64,000 nucleotides of DNA, taken from Ophelia neglecta (lineage: Eukaryota). Made by a program: the position numbers and the translations under genes. Shown here piece after piece: positions 42,544 through 56,847 of the stretch. The notes under the pieces are model-generated. The model ran no database searches. It worked only from the letters and a program-made list of their open reading frames with translations, and was not told the DNA's origin. Each line of letters opens with the position of its first letter. The stretch's first letter is position 1. Location: positions 29,574,001-29,638,000 of the forward strand of contig OZ260667.1 of the NCBI GenBank assembly GCA_965285935.1. The letters run 5' to 3'.

Positions 42544-45500
42544 CTCTCTCTCACTATGTCCCTCACCCAAGGATGCAAGCATTATGAAATCAATGAATCA
42601 CAATCGACCGCTTGTCACAGGCAATTCCCGCAGAAACAACCGGTAGATTTACCATTCAGCAAATGTAGGTTATCTAGCGGACTGGCTACTCAAAATTCAG
42701 CCCGACAATGATAGACCACTGGATTATAGACCTGCAGTGCCTAGTACCGTATATATAATGACACAACAGAACCAAACGATAAACATGTGTTTATTTTTGA
42801 GAAGATATTTTATATTTGTGACAACTGTCTTACTTACATGTATGGCGATATTTGGAATCAGTTATTCCGTTTGAAAATAAATCATCCCCACTGGACTGAC
42901 GAGCGATAAGGCAGAAACAAATGTTCCTTTGAAGTTTTCCGTCGAAGTCTTCGGGAAAAGATATTGTGTTTTCCTTGCCTTTGGCTTCCAATCTTACCAA
43001 AATAATGGTCGGCGTTTACTGTATCATGTCTGCCAGTGGCAAACTGATCAATTCAATACGCATAGGGAAAAGTAGGACAGAAGTGAAGTCCGCCCATGAA
43101 CTCTGTCATTTTAAACCAGCTGACGGGCGCTTCGGCGTCACTCAAATATAGTTCGGACATCCCTGAATGTGATATTGATCTACCTTGTGCAGATGTTTAT
43201 AAATAAATTTGTCATCATAAAAAAAGCTCTCTAATTCTTTAACAGCTATCTATACTTTAGTTGGAGAAGCCGCTTACCTTGTTGTGTGGTTTGTGGATAA
43301 AGCTCGTCTCTATTTATCTTCTTCCTACGTCAAGCTTTTTCAATATTATTTAATCAAAACGCATAAAGCGCGCATTCCTGGTTTAAATTGAAGGAAACGC
43401 GTGTGGTAAAGAGGAACTCTTTGAAAGGCCAGACTGTCGCCAATGCACGCTTTATAAACACCTGGGCTTGGTATTGTGCCATTTGCTGCGTCTTCTTAGA
43501 CTACATGATAAATATTTAAAATCTCATCCAGCCATTCCTATACTTGCGAGCCATTCACCACATATCTCATAGACTGGCTCTGGCCCGTGGGACCCACTGA
43601 TACACGATACCTTGAACCGAGAGCCAAAATAGCAAGGCCAAAAAAATACAATCGTTTTCTTCGATTGTGATGTGTCATACCATCTCTTGTCGTCTGGGCC
43701 TATTCTGAACGCTTGTTACTACTCCAGGCTCTCAATATTTTAATCAGAGGAAGACAAACCCCAAAGCACAACCTATAGAATGCGGAGAGGCAGCTTTCTA
43801 TTAATTGGCCCGTGTATCCACACAATTATATTGTTGGCCAATAGCCACCTCAACACGCCGCAAGTGTCTTGGTGCCAACAACCTGCCTGTGGGTCGCTTT
43901 TTGTAATACAAAACGGAGTGGAAGAACCTGGCAGAGATACTAAAGAAACTATAGAAACGTTCAAACCTTAGGAAGTGAAAGGAAATGAATTGGCATAGAC
44001 AAGACCAACTCGCCAACTTCCCTGGCGCCACTTATTTGTCTTTCTTGATGAAATGCAAAGCGCTGCAAACGAACATGGCTTTCAAAGAAATGGCCAGAGC
44101 TAGTCAGAAAACCTCAACGAATTTGTATAATAAGTTGTGACAACTGAGCACACGCGTAATGCCTCATTCGTAACATCTTCTCACATGGGATGATCATTTT
44201 ATTTGTAGCTAGCTTTGCATAAGTGTTCCCCTTTCATGCATGCTTGCGATTAAGATTTTATTCCTTAAACGAACTAAATAAAAAACAGTATCTTCTAGAT
44301 ACAAATAGCATGAACTGTACAACATAATATGAGTTAATGTCTATAAGCCTACCCATAATCTCGATATATATACGTGTAGTTGTATGAAATAATATGAAAT
44401 AATACATCCTTCGATTTGCAAAGACTCGAATTGTATGCCTTCTACACGGAGGAGGATAAGAACATTCATTATACCTTTGCACAAGGTTTAACAAGTTCAA
44501 TATAATTTGTGAACGGAACCACAAGAAAAAGAAGAACAATGTTCTGGTACATTTCAGCAAGTATGTTACTAAGCAAATGTTCATATAAATAATGGATAAC
44601 ATGAAGACCACAGGGGTTTTTTCAATGGTATTTTAAGATTAATGGTTGATAGCAGGTACATGTAGCAGTAATCAGGGAGCGCAGTGCCACGAGTCTTGGT
44701 TTTTATACTTTCTTGACTGTAAGAAAACAAAAGGCGAATAAAAGTCCTATTAAGTGATCAATATTAACCAGATGTACACAATAAATTCTCTTGTGCAAAT
44801 AATTTGCATCGCTAAAAAATAATGCTTCCGATTTTTCAGTTGTGGGCGCGACCCCTAAGCCTATTATTTTGTTCCAGTTCTACGTCACAGCCTAGCTCTT
44901 AGCCATGGTACATTTGGCCGACTTAAAAAAATGCATGAATTTGAGCGGTGGTCGGGTTTTTCTTCCGTATTGAATGAATATATGAAACTATTATGTTTGC
45001 ATTTATGCAAGATACAAAATTGGTAATGTATCAATTGTCGGTTTTAAAGAATATTTCCCTGACACGCCTTCTAAAATTTCATGTAAAGGTTTAGCATATA
45101 TTAAACCGACAAACATCGTGTGACTACAATGGATGATAGCCGCAGTGCTCTATGAAATATTTATGAAGCATTTCCTCCGAGCGAAATCGTCTGACTTAAC
45201 TCCTATAAGAGATTGAAACAATCAAGCAGTGGAAATTGCCAATAATAAAAAACAATTAGGTACGATTATCAGATTATACAATATCCTAATATCTTAATAA
45301 TGCTGGCCACTTAGTTTTCTCCCATGGAGAGATTGTAATTTCGTCATGATTGCATGACATTAACACATGGCTTGAGCCGTTGACAAGGTTTCGTGCCTCG
45401 TGATGGCTTCATGGCCAGATTTTCTGCGTGACGTGTCTAATTTACCATCCAAACCAATCTCACGTTGTCCAAGATATTTACAAATATGACAGTTGACTCA

Positions 45501-48500
45501 ATTGCGATGATGCTACACAACATTTGTCGAGCAGTCCGACGAATGTGAACTCCCCTATATGTCACGATACGAGGACAGTGCTCACTTCGTCATCCACTAC
45601 CTCGACCGTGCGTTTGTTCTGTTGCACCATTTTTAATTGTAATCATCCGAAAGTAGGTATAGCCAATTAGTGGCTGTGAATATATAATAAACTACAGTAA
45701 CTGATTTGGATGGTGTCTCAGATGAATTATGAGCATCATAGGAAATGACGCACCGCTATAGCTTAACTCATTTCGAGCAAGTTATAACTGTAGTGGGTTG
45801 AACGCATTTTGCATTTCAAACGTATAACCAACTTAAAGCACATAAGTTCTTTGCAAAGACAACAACTCTGTACAATAAGCTTACAAAATGAAAACCAGGG
45901 TTACTTTACAGATTTAGCCAAGAAGTGAAAAAAGTGTGTATTTAAACGAATAATGCAAATACAAGTCGTTGCTATCATACATTCTTGTTGGCATCTTGCC
46001 TGAAAATAAAACTTGATAGTTGAACGGACATGATAAATTGCTATAGGCTTGTCGGTGAGAAACTTTCAGTTTCAGTTACAGGTTGATTCCCCGTTAAGAT
46101 AACTATGGGCCTGTAGAGGTTTATATGCTTCAGATATCTACATCATGGCAAGTGGCACAAGACAACCTTGGATGGCTATAAATATGTTGAAGGCTAAGGA
46201 CTATGATGATGCTGTGTGACGTGCCGTGAAAAAAAGGACCGGGACAGAGATTACGGAATGACAAAATGACCTCAAGTGCGATACGCCATAACCCACAACA
46301 GGATAGGATAAGAAAAACGAGCTCAGCCGGCCTGGAGACGAGCGCAGGTGGCTTGTATCCATCGACCAAACCACCCGGACATTGTCTGATTACAGGACAT
46401 TAAAACGCGTATACAGGATCAACCAACCTTGTTGGAATAAAGACAAAGCATTGATACGTTTCTTTCTTTTTCAATTAAAAGTGAGAGTAATTATGTAACG
46501 AGAACGGTACACTATTTGCTGATCAGACAGATTACATAATGAAAAAATAATAAGAAGCTCCTCTATTGGTCAATATAAACAATAAAGCAGCTACTATAGT
46601 TGTATCCAGGGCTTAGTATGGGCACTAATATTATAGTATCTTATATGTCATAGGCATTAATATAGTTGTTACTTGCATACATAAAAGCTTGTTGCTGGAT
46701 TCTTATAGCCAATGCTAGCCACAAAGTCAGGTTAGCGTGGGCGAAAAAACTGATATTTTACTAGCGATCATAACAGCGGGTATAATTCATTGCCACCCCG
46801 AGGGCAAACACCATATACATTTAGAACTAGGTCCAAGGTGAACACACAGGATCATTAAATAATGATAAAGGCCTGCGGAAACCGGCCGTGTGCATCATTT
46901 ACGGAGCTAAATCCTGAGTTTACAGGTGGAGCCGCCTTCAGATGGCTGAGGTTCTGACAGGTGCATCTTGAGTGCGTCAACGCAAATCAAGATGTACGTC
47001 GCCGGACGTTGACTATGAAGGCAGATGTCAACAACCAGATTGGGCTATCTGGGTTGACCATAACGTTCTCGTGCGCTAACCAATATAAAATTATAGGGCG
47101 GCCCTTGGGGGATGCCAGCGTTATTTATATAAGCACAAACTCGGTAAGATGGTGCATAGCACAAAGGCCAAAGAGCACCGCCGACCCCATTCTCTCATTC
47201 TCTCCCTCTTATCCCTCTTTGTCTCTAAGTCACTTCTATTTATACGGCGCACTTAGGGCCTCGGCTATAGTGCTATTACCTATTCTTTTCGCCAAAGAGG
47301 ATTTCGTATGCCCCGGAGGTAAACACGCTTCTAAGGAGATTACTGAACCCAGTGAATCTATTTTGGAACACCCATCGGCATTTATGGACACAAAATATTA
47401 TCATCTCTGAGCGTAATGGAGAATGGCACATTAATAGTAATATGCACTCTGTTGATTAGTTGCGAGTAAGTGACCGGGACTTAAATCAATATGTGATTCT
47501 ACTAAGAGTATAACCTGAAGTGGAGAATTTTCTTCCTTTTCGAACTATTATCAAAATAAAGAACCGCTAATAAAATGTTGACCATATATTGTTTAATATA
47601 TGGCAGAAAAAACAGTTTCTTTCAAATTCTTTCTAATAACAGCGACAAAAACTAATGAATATTCTTGATAATTATGGACTCGTTTCATGGCGCATATCGC
47701 ACTGACTGCCACAGAAATGGTAACCTACCGAGCCCCACGACCAACTATTGTGCCTCATTTAGCGGCATGGCTGAAGGCAACCTGGGAGCTAAATGTGATA
47801 GTCGCGGCAATTATTAACAGCTTTCACACCCGGAGTCATAATATAGATTGCAACAATAAACGCCGAGAAATACGAAACCAATTTCTGAGCAATTTTTGAT
47901 TGCGACTATATGGGGCATGACTGTGAATAAGTACGATAATAGCGGTTTGCTAATACAGATTTCAGGATGCATTGGATTGCAGGCTTGTTACACGAATGCA
48001 GGCAACATTGTTGACAGCAGCACGCCCTACTATCACCCGAATGCTCATTTTGTTTGAACTTGGGGCTCAAGATGCAGCTTAATATATTTCACCCACGCAA
48101 TTCCTGCGCTGACCTCGCTTGAGAAGATTTTGTGCAATTGGTTCCATGTCCTTGAAAGTTTAATAGCAAGCTGCCACTCACAACATCGGCCCCCTCTTGT
48201 TATCACTGCCTTATTAAAGCGGTTAATTCTAGAAGCTTTATTTGATGAAAACGTCAGAGACGAGATAAAACATTGAATACATATTTGCATGATACAGTCA
48301 GTCAACACTCCCGAGGCAATGGAGTAAAAAAATCAGAATAGCAAGACACTGTCTTCATCCATCTCTACGCATAAAGATTGGTGGCTTTGATGAAAATTAC
48401 TCTGCCGAAGCGTACGTCTAGCGAGGCTGTTAAATTGGCCCGGCAGCTGTAAAGAACTATTTCAATTGAGCAAAGCGCTTGCTCAGTCAGCAGTCTTGCT

Positions 48501-49888
48501 TGCTCACTGGAGCGTAAGCCCCCTTCATCGCCCAGACAATTGATAGTCTCTTCTCGTCGTGATTTGCTTGTCGTATTTACATTGTTATGAAGGAAATCTT
48601 GCCCTCAAAATTTCTAGGAACCACGTTACCGACAATTATATCTTGTCCACCCAAACCCACCAGGCAAGGGTCTATCCTCATAGTTTCCTCTTGAAGGCAC
48701 ATTTGCCAAAGATGTTGCCTTTATATAAAGACACACATGTACTCCCATTTGTGGCTATTGATGTGCATGAACTGTGTATCAAGGAAACGCTGTTTTAGCG
48801 GCCGTGCACAATTGTGTCATCCTACTGGTAACGCCCCAGTTACTGATAATAATAATTATTAGCCATTTTTCTAACAAGTCGTAGAGATAATGGTATGTTC
48901 CCTTATCTTTCATGGCCGACAAGTCCTAATTTACTGGTTGACAATGCACAGTGCTGTAGTACTAGGCATGTCATGAAAACCGTGGTCCGTTCAAGGTCAG
49001 TTAAACCAAAAAATACAAGACACTGAATACATATAGCATTCCCAGGCAAACAATCAGGATTCGAACACAATGTTTAACACATCATTCTGCCCGAAGTCTT
49101 ACCTTCTAGTCATTGTATAACTAAGAAATGTGAAGCATTTCTATTAACCAGGGCTCCCTATATTTTGGCGTTTTACCGTCGGCACTGCGTTTCGAGAGTA
49201 CAAGACAGTAACCCTACCCTGGCCATCGCCACTTCCGCTTCCAGTACATGCTAAAGCAGCAACGCCAAGCAAACAGCGTATAACACACTGCGCCCAATAT
49301 ACCCTTTAAGCAGCAGGTGGTGCATTCGAATAATGCAGGTGGCTCTCGCGCTCGTGGTAACCACTCATCTTCAATGATAGCAAATATTTAATAGGCCTGA
49401 AATTGACTGTCACTTTTTTGGCATAACTGCAACACGGTTTATGTTTATGAATAAGCAAACTGCTGTACTCAGTTAGGCAGGCTCTTAACTAGCATTCTAG
49501 TTTTTATACTACTACTCTCCGACAATTTTACGAGTTCATAATTCGCTGTAACAAGTTCACCTGATAGATATCATATTGATCGTTATTGTTAAATTATCTA
49601 TTAAGATATGTTTTATACATTAATAATACCGCGAGACAGACCACGTGATACAACAGGCTATACTCAGTAACTCATTGGCGCCTGAAAGCAAGGCTTGGCT
49701 GAAATAAATATTGTCTGGTTGGGAAGTGAATACATCAACTGCATTGCATTTTGAGAAAAACCTCGCGAACCGACACAGGTAAAGGATTTCCGAATAAGGC
49801 AACACAGTAGTTGAATTGTGTCATTGGCAAAATAACGCACTCAACAAGTACTTTTTAAGATAGATCTAATGTCAATGAGCTCAGAAAA

Positions 49889-49901
49889 TGCCATCTAGCG
49901 G
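49889..49901 (-). promoter_or_regulatory. CTCF-like motif
   Basis: Minus strand CCGCTAGATGGCA. Motif match only. Confidence 0.35.
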
Positions 49902-50804
49902 TTCGCCCATAGATTATTTCCTTCTCTCGATAGCAATATTGGGCTAAGTCTTCTAGAAATTAAGCACGATGTACCCCTGTAATGCCATCACTGCGATATA
50001 ATTCAGCAAATTGGACTCGTGCCCAACGGATGCTCTTTGTGCTCGGTCTAAGAGGTCGATAAACGACAAATAAAACGCCTCCGCATTCATAGAATCAAAA
50101 TATCACCATGGCACGTTATTTTTATTGATATCGGATTTTACAGACTCGCAAATATATAGGTTGTTCATACTTCAATGTTTTGACATTTGCTTGCATTTAA
50201 TCTTTATTACAGCTTTATACTATATCAGATTTATCACTTTGAATCATAAGGTAAATTATAACATTAATTTGTGATGTTTTTAAAATCAATAATTAGAACA
50301 CGTTACAAATAATGTCACGACCATATTCGTAATTAACTTTAATAAAACGTCTTTTATGGGCTTAGAAAGGATATTACCAGCTGAGTTGATGAAGATGTTA
50401 AAATGTCTTTGATAGTTATACCTTTACCTTTCGGTGACGAGTTTGCGTGAGTCCGCCACTTGCCATATCAAGGCGCGCCAGTGCCTTACCAAAAAAGACA
50501 CAAACGTCACGTTACAGGAACAAAAAACAGTCCGGCTGTGTCTTTCACGTTCATTGCTGGCTGGGTAAGGTCGGGTAATTTTGCGCATCACCTAATTCCG
50601 CGCAGTAAGTAGCTTTGATCACGTCAGTAAAGGGAAGTGACTGCAAAGTCTTTACAAACCTTAATTTTTGAAAAATGACCTTGAAATCCGTAAATAAATC
50701 GCGAAAAAGAGATAATGATGTTAATTGGCACCGGACCTTTACTTATAAATTAATTATAAAAAATGTTAAATGTTGGGACAAGCTCACCGTTTACCTGTAA
50801 GATA

Positions 50805-50822
50805 TGGTCGCTAGATGGCGCG
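50805..50822 (+). promoter_or_regulatory. CTCF-like motif
   Basis: TGGTCGCTAGATGGCGCG. Motif match only. Confidence 0.4.
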
Positions 50823-52640
50823 TGGTAACATGAGCTTAAAACTTCCTTCCGCCAAATGTCAGGATCCCTCTGCCGAGAACTCCCTGGGGTGTTTATCAAT
50901 TTTATTCTGCAAGTTGCGCAATGTTTTTCATGGCAAATAAGCCAATTTATATGCAGTGCCAGGAAGGGAAATGCATCTATGAGTTGGTTCTGTGGCAGAA
51001 CTTAAGAAGCGCTTAGAGAGCGAAGACGAACGCAGCCTCACGCGACTGGCAGGCATTACGGTAGTCTATCTCACAACGGTGAATGGGTTCAGCCAGCACA
51101 CTATCAGGTACCTTCATCTAATTGAAATTAGTATTTGGCCCATTTTACCTTTACATTATCAGTTTTTCTATCTTTCAGCGTGGTATATTACACAGATATC
51201 TTACGTTCTGCGGTCTTAAGTTAAGTTAGACTAAAGCATATTGGTAGGTGGGAAGTCTGACCCCTCTCGGGAGAACGCATCGTGGGAACACTGGACTGTC
51301 TCGGGACAACTCGTCGACGGCGTCAGTGATGTAGATGTGGAGAACCATCAGACCCTGCACGCTGGCCAGGTCCTCCAAATACCACCTGTCTATTGTCACG
51401 GAGGGCACTTCGAGATGTATTTTTGTTGGTGTGAAACAAGATATCTAACCCCTCTAATCAGAAAAGCAATTGTATCTAACCACCATACTGGTACAGATTC
51501 CCATATGGCAAAACATACCATAATACCATAGTCCTTCGCAGACAGGCTTTTCTCCCCTTCAGGTGGTGTTTTTAATATTTTGTTTCAATCGATTTTTTTA
51601 GTTGAACACTGTTCCAGTCGGTGGTCCCTTGTATATATTGACAGAAAAAAATACCTTTAATCACCGTTCCATCAATGTCTAAAGCGCTGTCTCCTACTTA
51701 TAGGCCCATATGATTTTAATGGGTTTGGAAGGATATCTTGTGGTGCAATTATGATCTCGAGTGAATTTGCATTATTAAAATTTTTAACATACTACCTTGT
51801 TTGAGTATTCGGAATCCATGCAGATGTGCAGACGGAAGAGCTTGTTTAAAAAAGCATTAAATCGTTATGGATTCCACCTCAAACCCCCTGGAAAGCAAGA
51901 AGTTGGTAACGCTATCCTTCTCGAAAGGATTAAAGCCTCCGGCTCTCAATTTTACATCAATTTCCTACCAAGGAAGGTTCACTCAGGAAGGAAGTTAAGT
52001 GAATGAATCAATGGCTGCAGTGTGTAACTGGGACGACCGGCTGTTGTGAACTGTCGAAGGCGGGGAGAGGAAGACGAGCCAGCAAAACTAGGCAAAATCT
52101 CATTTGCTGGGCGGTGCAATATTTAACAGTCACAATACAAACCTACGCATTATCCTGACTGGATAAGATACCTGCAGTATACATCTAATATGAGAAAATG
52201 ATTGTTTTCGTTCAGGCATCAAAGACTATAAACTGCGTCTAGCCGGCTAAGGAAATATGTTACGTATGTCCACGTAAATAATAAATGACGCTCAGCAGAT
52301 CGGTACCAACTCATGACTGCATTGGTGGAGGCTGGAGGCTGGACCTCCCTTTGTGTTCAGTTGTATTTTTTGTCAGAATCAAACACTCATGATCGCCCTC
52401 CAACAGTACCCAAACCAAAACGACTGCAAAAACAATCTGCAACTGACCATCTAGAACAAAGCACAAGGAAGGCGGGGGGGGGGGGGGATTAAAATCTCAC
52501 CGGAAACAAGTTTTTAAATGCTTTTAGCAGGCATCCAATAACAGTATTATTTCAAGTGTTAACTCCATTTTCTATCCATTTCGAACATTATTGATTGCAA
52601 GGATGAGTTAACCATTTGACTTAGCGGAAACATGTTTTGT

Positions 52641-52901
52641 TGTTTGGGGTTTTTACGTGGCTTTCAACACTTATAGGTCATATCGCCACAGTGCCTACTT
52701 GTGACAGTGGATAGTGGGCTCAATGCCCTCTTTAGAGTGCTGCCTCACTGGAGTACCTGCCGTAGACACCAGACAGGGATCCCCACCCAGTCACATTATA
52801 CTGACACCGGGTTGACCAGTCCTAATACTACCCCCGAAATGCCAGGCGCCTGGCAGGGGAGCTATCAGTACCTATTTTTACATCTTAGGCTTGACTAGAT
52901 C
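52641..52901 (-). mobile_element. 5'-truncated SINE with Meta-domain-like core and 14-bp TSD
   Basis: Exact TSD GAAACATGTTTTGT at 52627-52640 and 52902-52915. The core GTGCTGCCTCACTGG...CCACCCAGTCACATTATACTGACACCGGG..GACCAGTCC resembles lophotrochozoan MetaSINE cores (recalled, not searched). The minus-strand 3' end TGTTGAAAGCCACGTAAAAACCCCAAACAACAAA is a LINE-like tail. The tRNA head is missing. Confidence 0.8.
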
Positions 52902-55900
52902 GAAACATGTTTTGTATTTGACTTGGAGCAGAACCCTCAGTGTACTTATTTAGAACAAACCACAACACTTTTCTCTCGAATGATGACCTATTTTCAAACA
53001 GATCCAAAAGTACGATTTTTTTTGTTCAAATATATTTTATCAGCATGATTGCTTATTGAAATTAAAGGTCTTATTAACCATGGGGAAAATGGGTGATTTT
53101 TCAAACCCCAATTTGTAATCTGAAAACTGAAAAGGTACTACGATGAATATAAAGGTTGTAAAAGAATAAATAAAAAAACTTAAATTAATCTCTGAAATGT
53201 GAACAAGATAAAAACCTCACTCTCATGAAATGGTCATTAAATATATGGACCATTCTTGAGTATTTTCCATGAACATTTAGAATATATTTTCCGCCCTCCA
53301 CGCCCGCCACTACCCTTCGAACTGCACACCCCGCTGGTCCAATACTCCCTGATAAGTGTGTTAAGTGCTAACTAGTGTGACTCCCTTGGGTTTATGCCAC
53401 AGGAAGGCCAGTGGTTTATTGAAGGGTTGTTGGTAAACATAAGTAGTACTTGATCTAACCTGTTTGTGACATCTAGGATAACTCGGCTAATGACTACTTA
53501 GCTTCGAGAACGAGTAGAGAGCATCTTTCCCTGTCCATACTTAAATGTCGTCTGCGACATACAACATGGACGTTGGGGACACTTTTAACCACTCGGTAGT
53601 ACTGTGCAAAGAGTAGATTTGAGCACTCCATCGCCTGCAACGTATTTCATGATCAATTTTCAAGGACTCTGAAGGAACCGAAAAGCTTTGTACTAATACT
53701 CTCAACATAAAGCAGGCCTATGTAATTATGATGCACTGAGTGTGTTTCGTTACTGCACGAAATCCCAAGTCGGTGTTGACAAACTTGATTATACAATGTA
53801 CCTATTGCCAACGTTAGACTCCTCAAATAAGGTACATCAATATTTAATATGTTAAACCTAACACTGTGTTGACTGAATAAAGTGCTGAGGTCTGTATGAG
53901 TACGGAGCTCAAAGCACAATCTCGAGAAAGATGAACTAGTAGATCTGACATCGTAGTCTAGGTTGATTTGAACGATGAAATTGGTGAATTCAGCTTAGTA
54001 TTTTTTATTAAGACAATTTGTGTGATAAAACCATCAATCATACACTTCATATATTTCAACAGTGCTATAATAGGAGGTAATGTCTCATTGTGTGTTAATA
54101 AAAACAGCTTTATAACCAAGCCGTGAGTGTACAGGGAATCAGTTCAGTGAGATCAACGTATTTCACCTTTCAGTTCTGGAAACAAACTTACCCTTGTTGT
54201 AAATTATCATGATCGGAAAACCAGACCTAGTCGACGAAATAAACTGGTCCCGTACCATCCGCGCAATGAGCGTTCTACAATATCTTTTTAACATTTAGCC
54301 GCACTTCATTGGAACAGTTTCGCCGGGGAATTTGAGAAATCCCGAAAACATATTCTACAATTGGGTTGCAAAAGCATGCATTTAATGTAAAGATTAATGG
54401 TTTATAACAATCAAGCTGTGTTGGCGTAAATTTGAAAAGTGTCATTGTTGACTTTTGCTGCTTAAAATGTGGTTCTTATTTAATAACAATATTTTTCATT
54501 CTAGTCTGCGTATGAACCATATTACGATGTGTAGCTTTTTTATGAGCTCCTTTGAAGAACAGCATGGCTGAAAGGGCTAACTACGATTTAAATGTAAATT
54601 CGTTACTTGATGAATAAATAACTACATAAATACATGAAACAACTGTTTCAAGCCATGTAACAGAATATATTACGCTACTCCCTTTGACAAACAACCTCCT
54701 CCCGTAGATTTTCTTTCCTACAAACACACACACAAACATACAGGTTGCTGCATGTAATCTCCGAAAGTCAATCGCATATAACAAAAATTGATTTATATCC
54801 ACGATTTTTCTCTTTGGGACTGAAACCGAGATGCTGGGTTAGGCGCAAAACGCGGGTCTAACTCAAACAGGAACTGGCATGAAACGCTAAAGTTAACCTA
54901 AGTGTGCCAAACTCGACAGCCCCTCGGTGTTATTAACTTAACTTCTCCAATGAAGACAGTGACAGGAGATAAGTTATATGCAGTCAATGCCATTTAAGTC
55001 TTTTGCCAATGGAGTGTATCTGTACGGAAGATAAAGACTCGGATTATTTCTGGATGATAAGATAATGGCTGGGGACATACTTAGGATTTATTTTGTTCTT
55101 ATGGAAGACTATGCATTAAGAAAAATCACCCAACTTCCAAGGCTTGAGAAGGTGACCATGCCCTTGAAACATGCCGGGGTTTACAGGTTGTGTAATATGA
55201 TCAACCGGAGTACCATCGTTGTATCATTAAAGCTAAAAAACAATTGCGGTGAAGGGGGGGGGGGAATACCATCTGATTTGGTATTAATCTTCATGGGGAT
55301 GCTAGACTGCCAGCCCAAAATCATTATTAGAACATGATCAATGCATTTTCAGGAGGCCCCGAGTAAAACCAAATATATTGCAATGCATCGTTAAACACAA
55401 CGGCACCTTTTAAACAAAAACATTATCATAGCAATATCAAACGCCACATCCGATTGACCAAGCCAAAACAATTGAGCTCTATCGAACAAGGTACCTATAA
55501 AATTAACCTATAGGTCTACACAAGTGACGCTTCAAAATTCGATTTTCTACTAAAGATATGCATTGGTTATTTAAATATCTTGGAAAAGAAGTGTTGGTGA
55601 ATCAAATAGACCTATTTATGCTCATTACACCAAATGTTTTATGTACAGCAAACTTTGATCAGGAGAAGACCGAAATGTTATCCTTTTACCTCAAACGATG
55701 ATGAAGGCGTCATTAGCATGAATTGACAAATGTCCGTATATTTAGGAGTACCATTGGAACCTGCGACATCTCCTTAAAAGCAGCTAAATACCGCTGTGTC
55801 TAGTCTTGATAAATTACCAAATCACAGTGTTACTGATTAGCTTGAATCAGAATAAACTTCCTTTTAGAGCAAAATAAACATTATTGAGAACAGTTAGAAG

Positions 55901-56847
55901 AGTGTGAACATAGTTCACGAAAACAGGAGGCAACAAAGAAACATGAATACAAAGTGGCCTATTGGAATGACAAGAATTACTACAGGCCGCTGCAATCAGC
56001 TATCCATTATTTAAACATTCTTTCAAACCAATCGATCGAGTATCAACCCATTAACTAAAAAGGGAGAGTGTTTGGTATAGTCAAGGCCGTGGTAACTGTG
56101 GTGGAAAATCACCTAGCTATATGGCTTTATTTGCGAGGAAGGTTACGAGGGGACTGGGCCCAGATTGGCCATTTGCCCCACAAAACGACGCATCCCTCGA
56201 GCCCACAGCAGGGCGAAAAGCATAAATTGTTATCTGCCTAACTACAATCAGCCACAGCGGCTATCGCTCTGCTGCCATAACGGGCATTAACTGCGTCAAC
56301 GAGACCCGGGAGAAATTACGTGACAGCTGTCTTTGTTTCTGTGAACCCCAATAGAGGTCATATGATGAAAAAGGAAAGTGGGAATTAGCCAAAAAAGTAT
56401 TTCTATGAATACTAGACGAGGCGCAAATCAGTGACCCAATTTGCTCACAGAGATAAACCAGAAGAGTCAATATTGACCCACATTGCTCAACTGAGGCATA
56501 GCCTATTAGCTTTATAGCTGTTGCACTATAGACTGAGTGAATTAATCATATAATTTACGACCCATCAATTAAATTTGTTTATATGATGCCAAACCGAATA
56601 AACTAGAGGAGTTGTCTAGTTTGATTGAATGGCGAATTTAATAAACACGTCTGGTGTCATTTGAGCAATACTAGTGGCTGCCTGCAAATGCCACATTTAT
56701 GTTGCCATTCATGCAGAGAACATCTGCGCCACAAACTGAACGCTTACATTAAACAATAGATCAATACTTTGTTTAGTTTTTAGTCAATCTCACGCTTTCA
56801 TCCAGATGAGGTTCTTTCAAATAAGGCAAGAACCATCTGATATCCAG

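Noticed and set aside
42340-42711. ORFs spanning the N run
   Set aside because: Artefacts of translating ambiguous bases.
42894-42925. CTGACGA...GAAAC hammerhead-like core
   Set aside because: The stem II closing pair and stems I/III are not present.
43275-43320. AAGCTCGTCTCTA similarity to miR-993-3p
   Set aside because: The 3' half differs and the upstream sequence cannot form the precursor hairpin.
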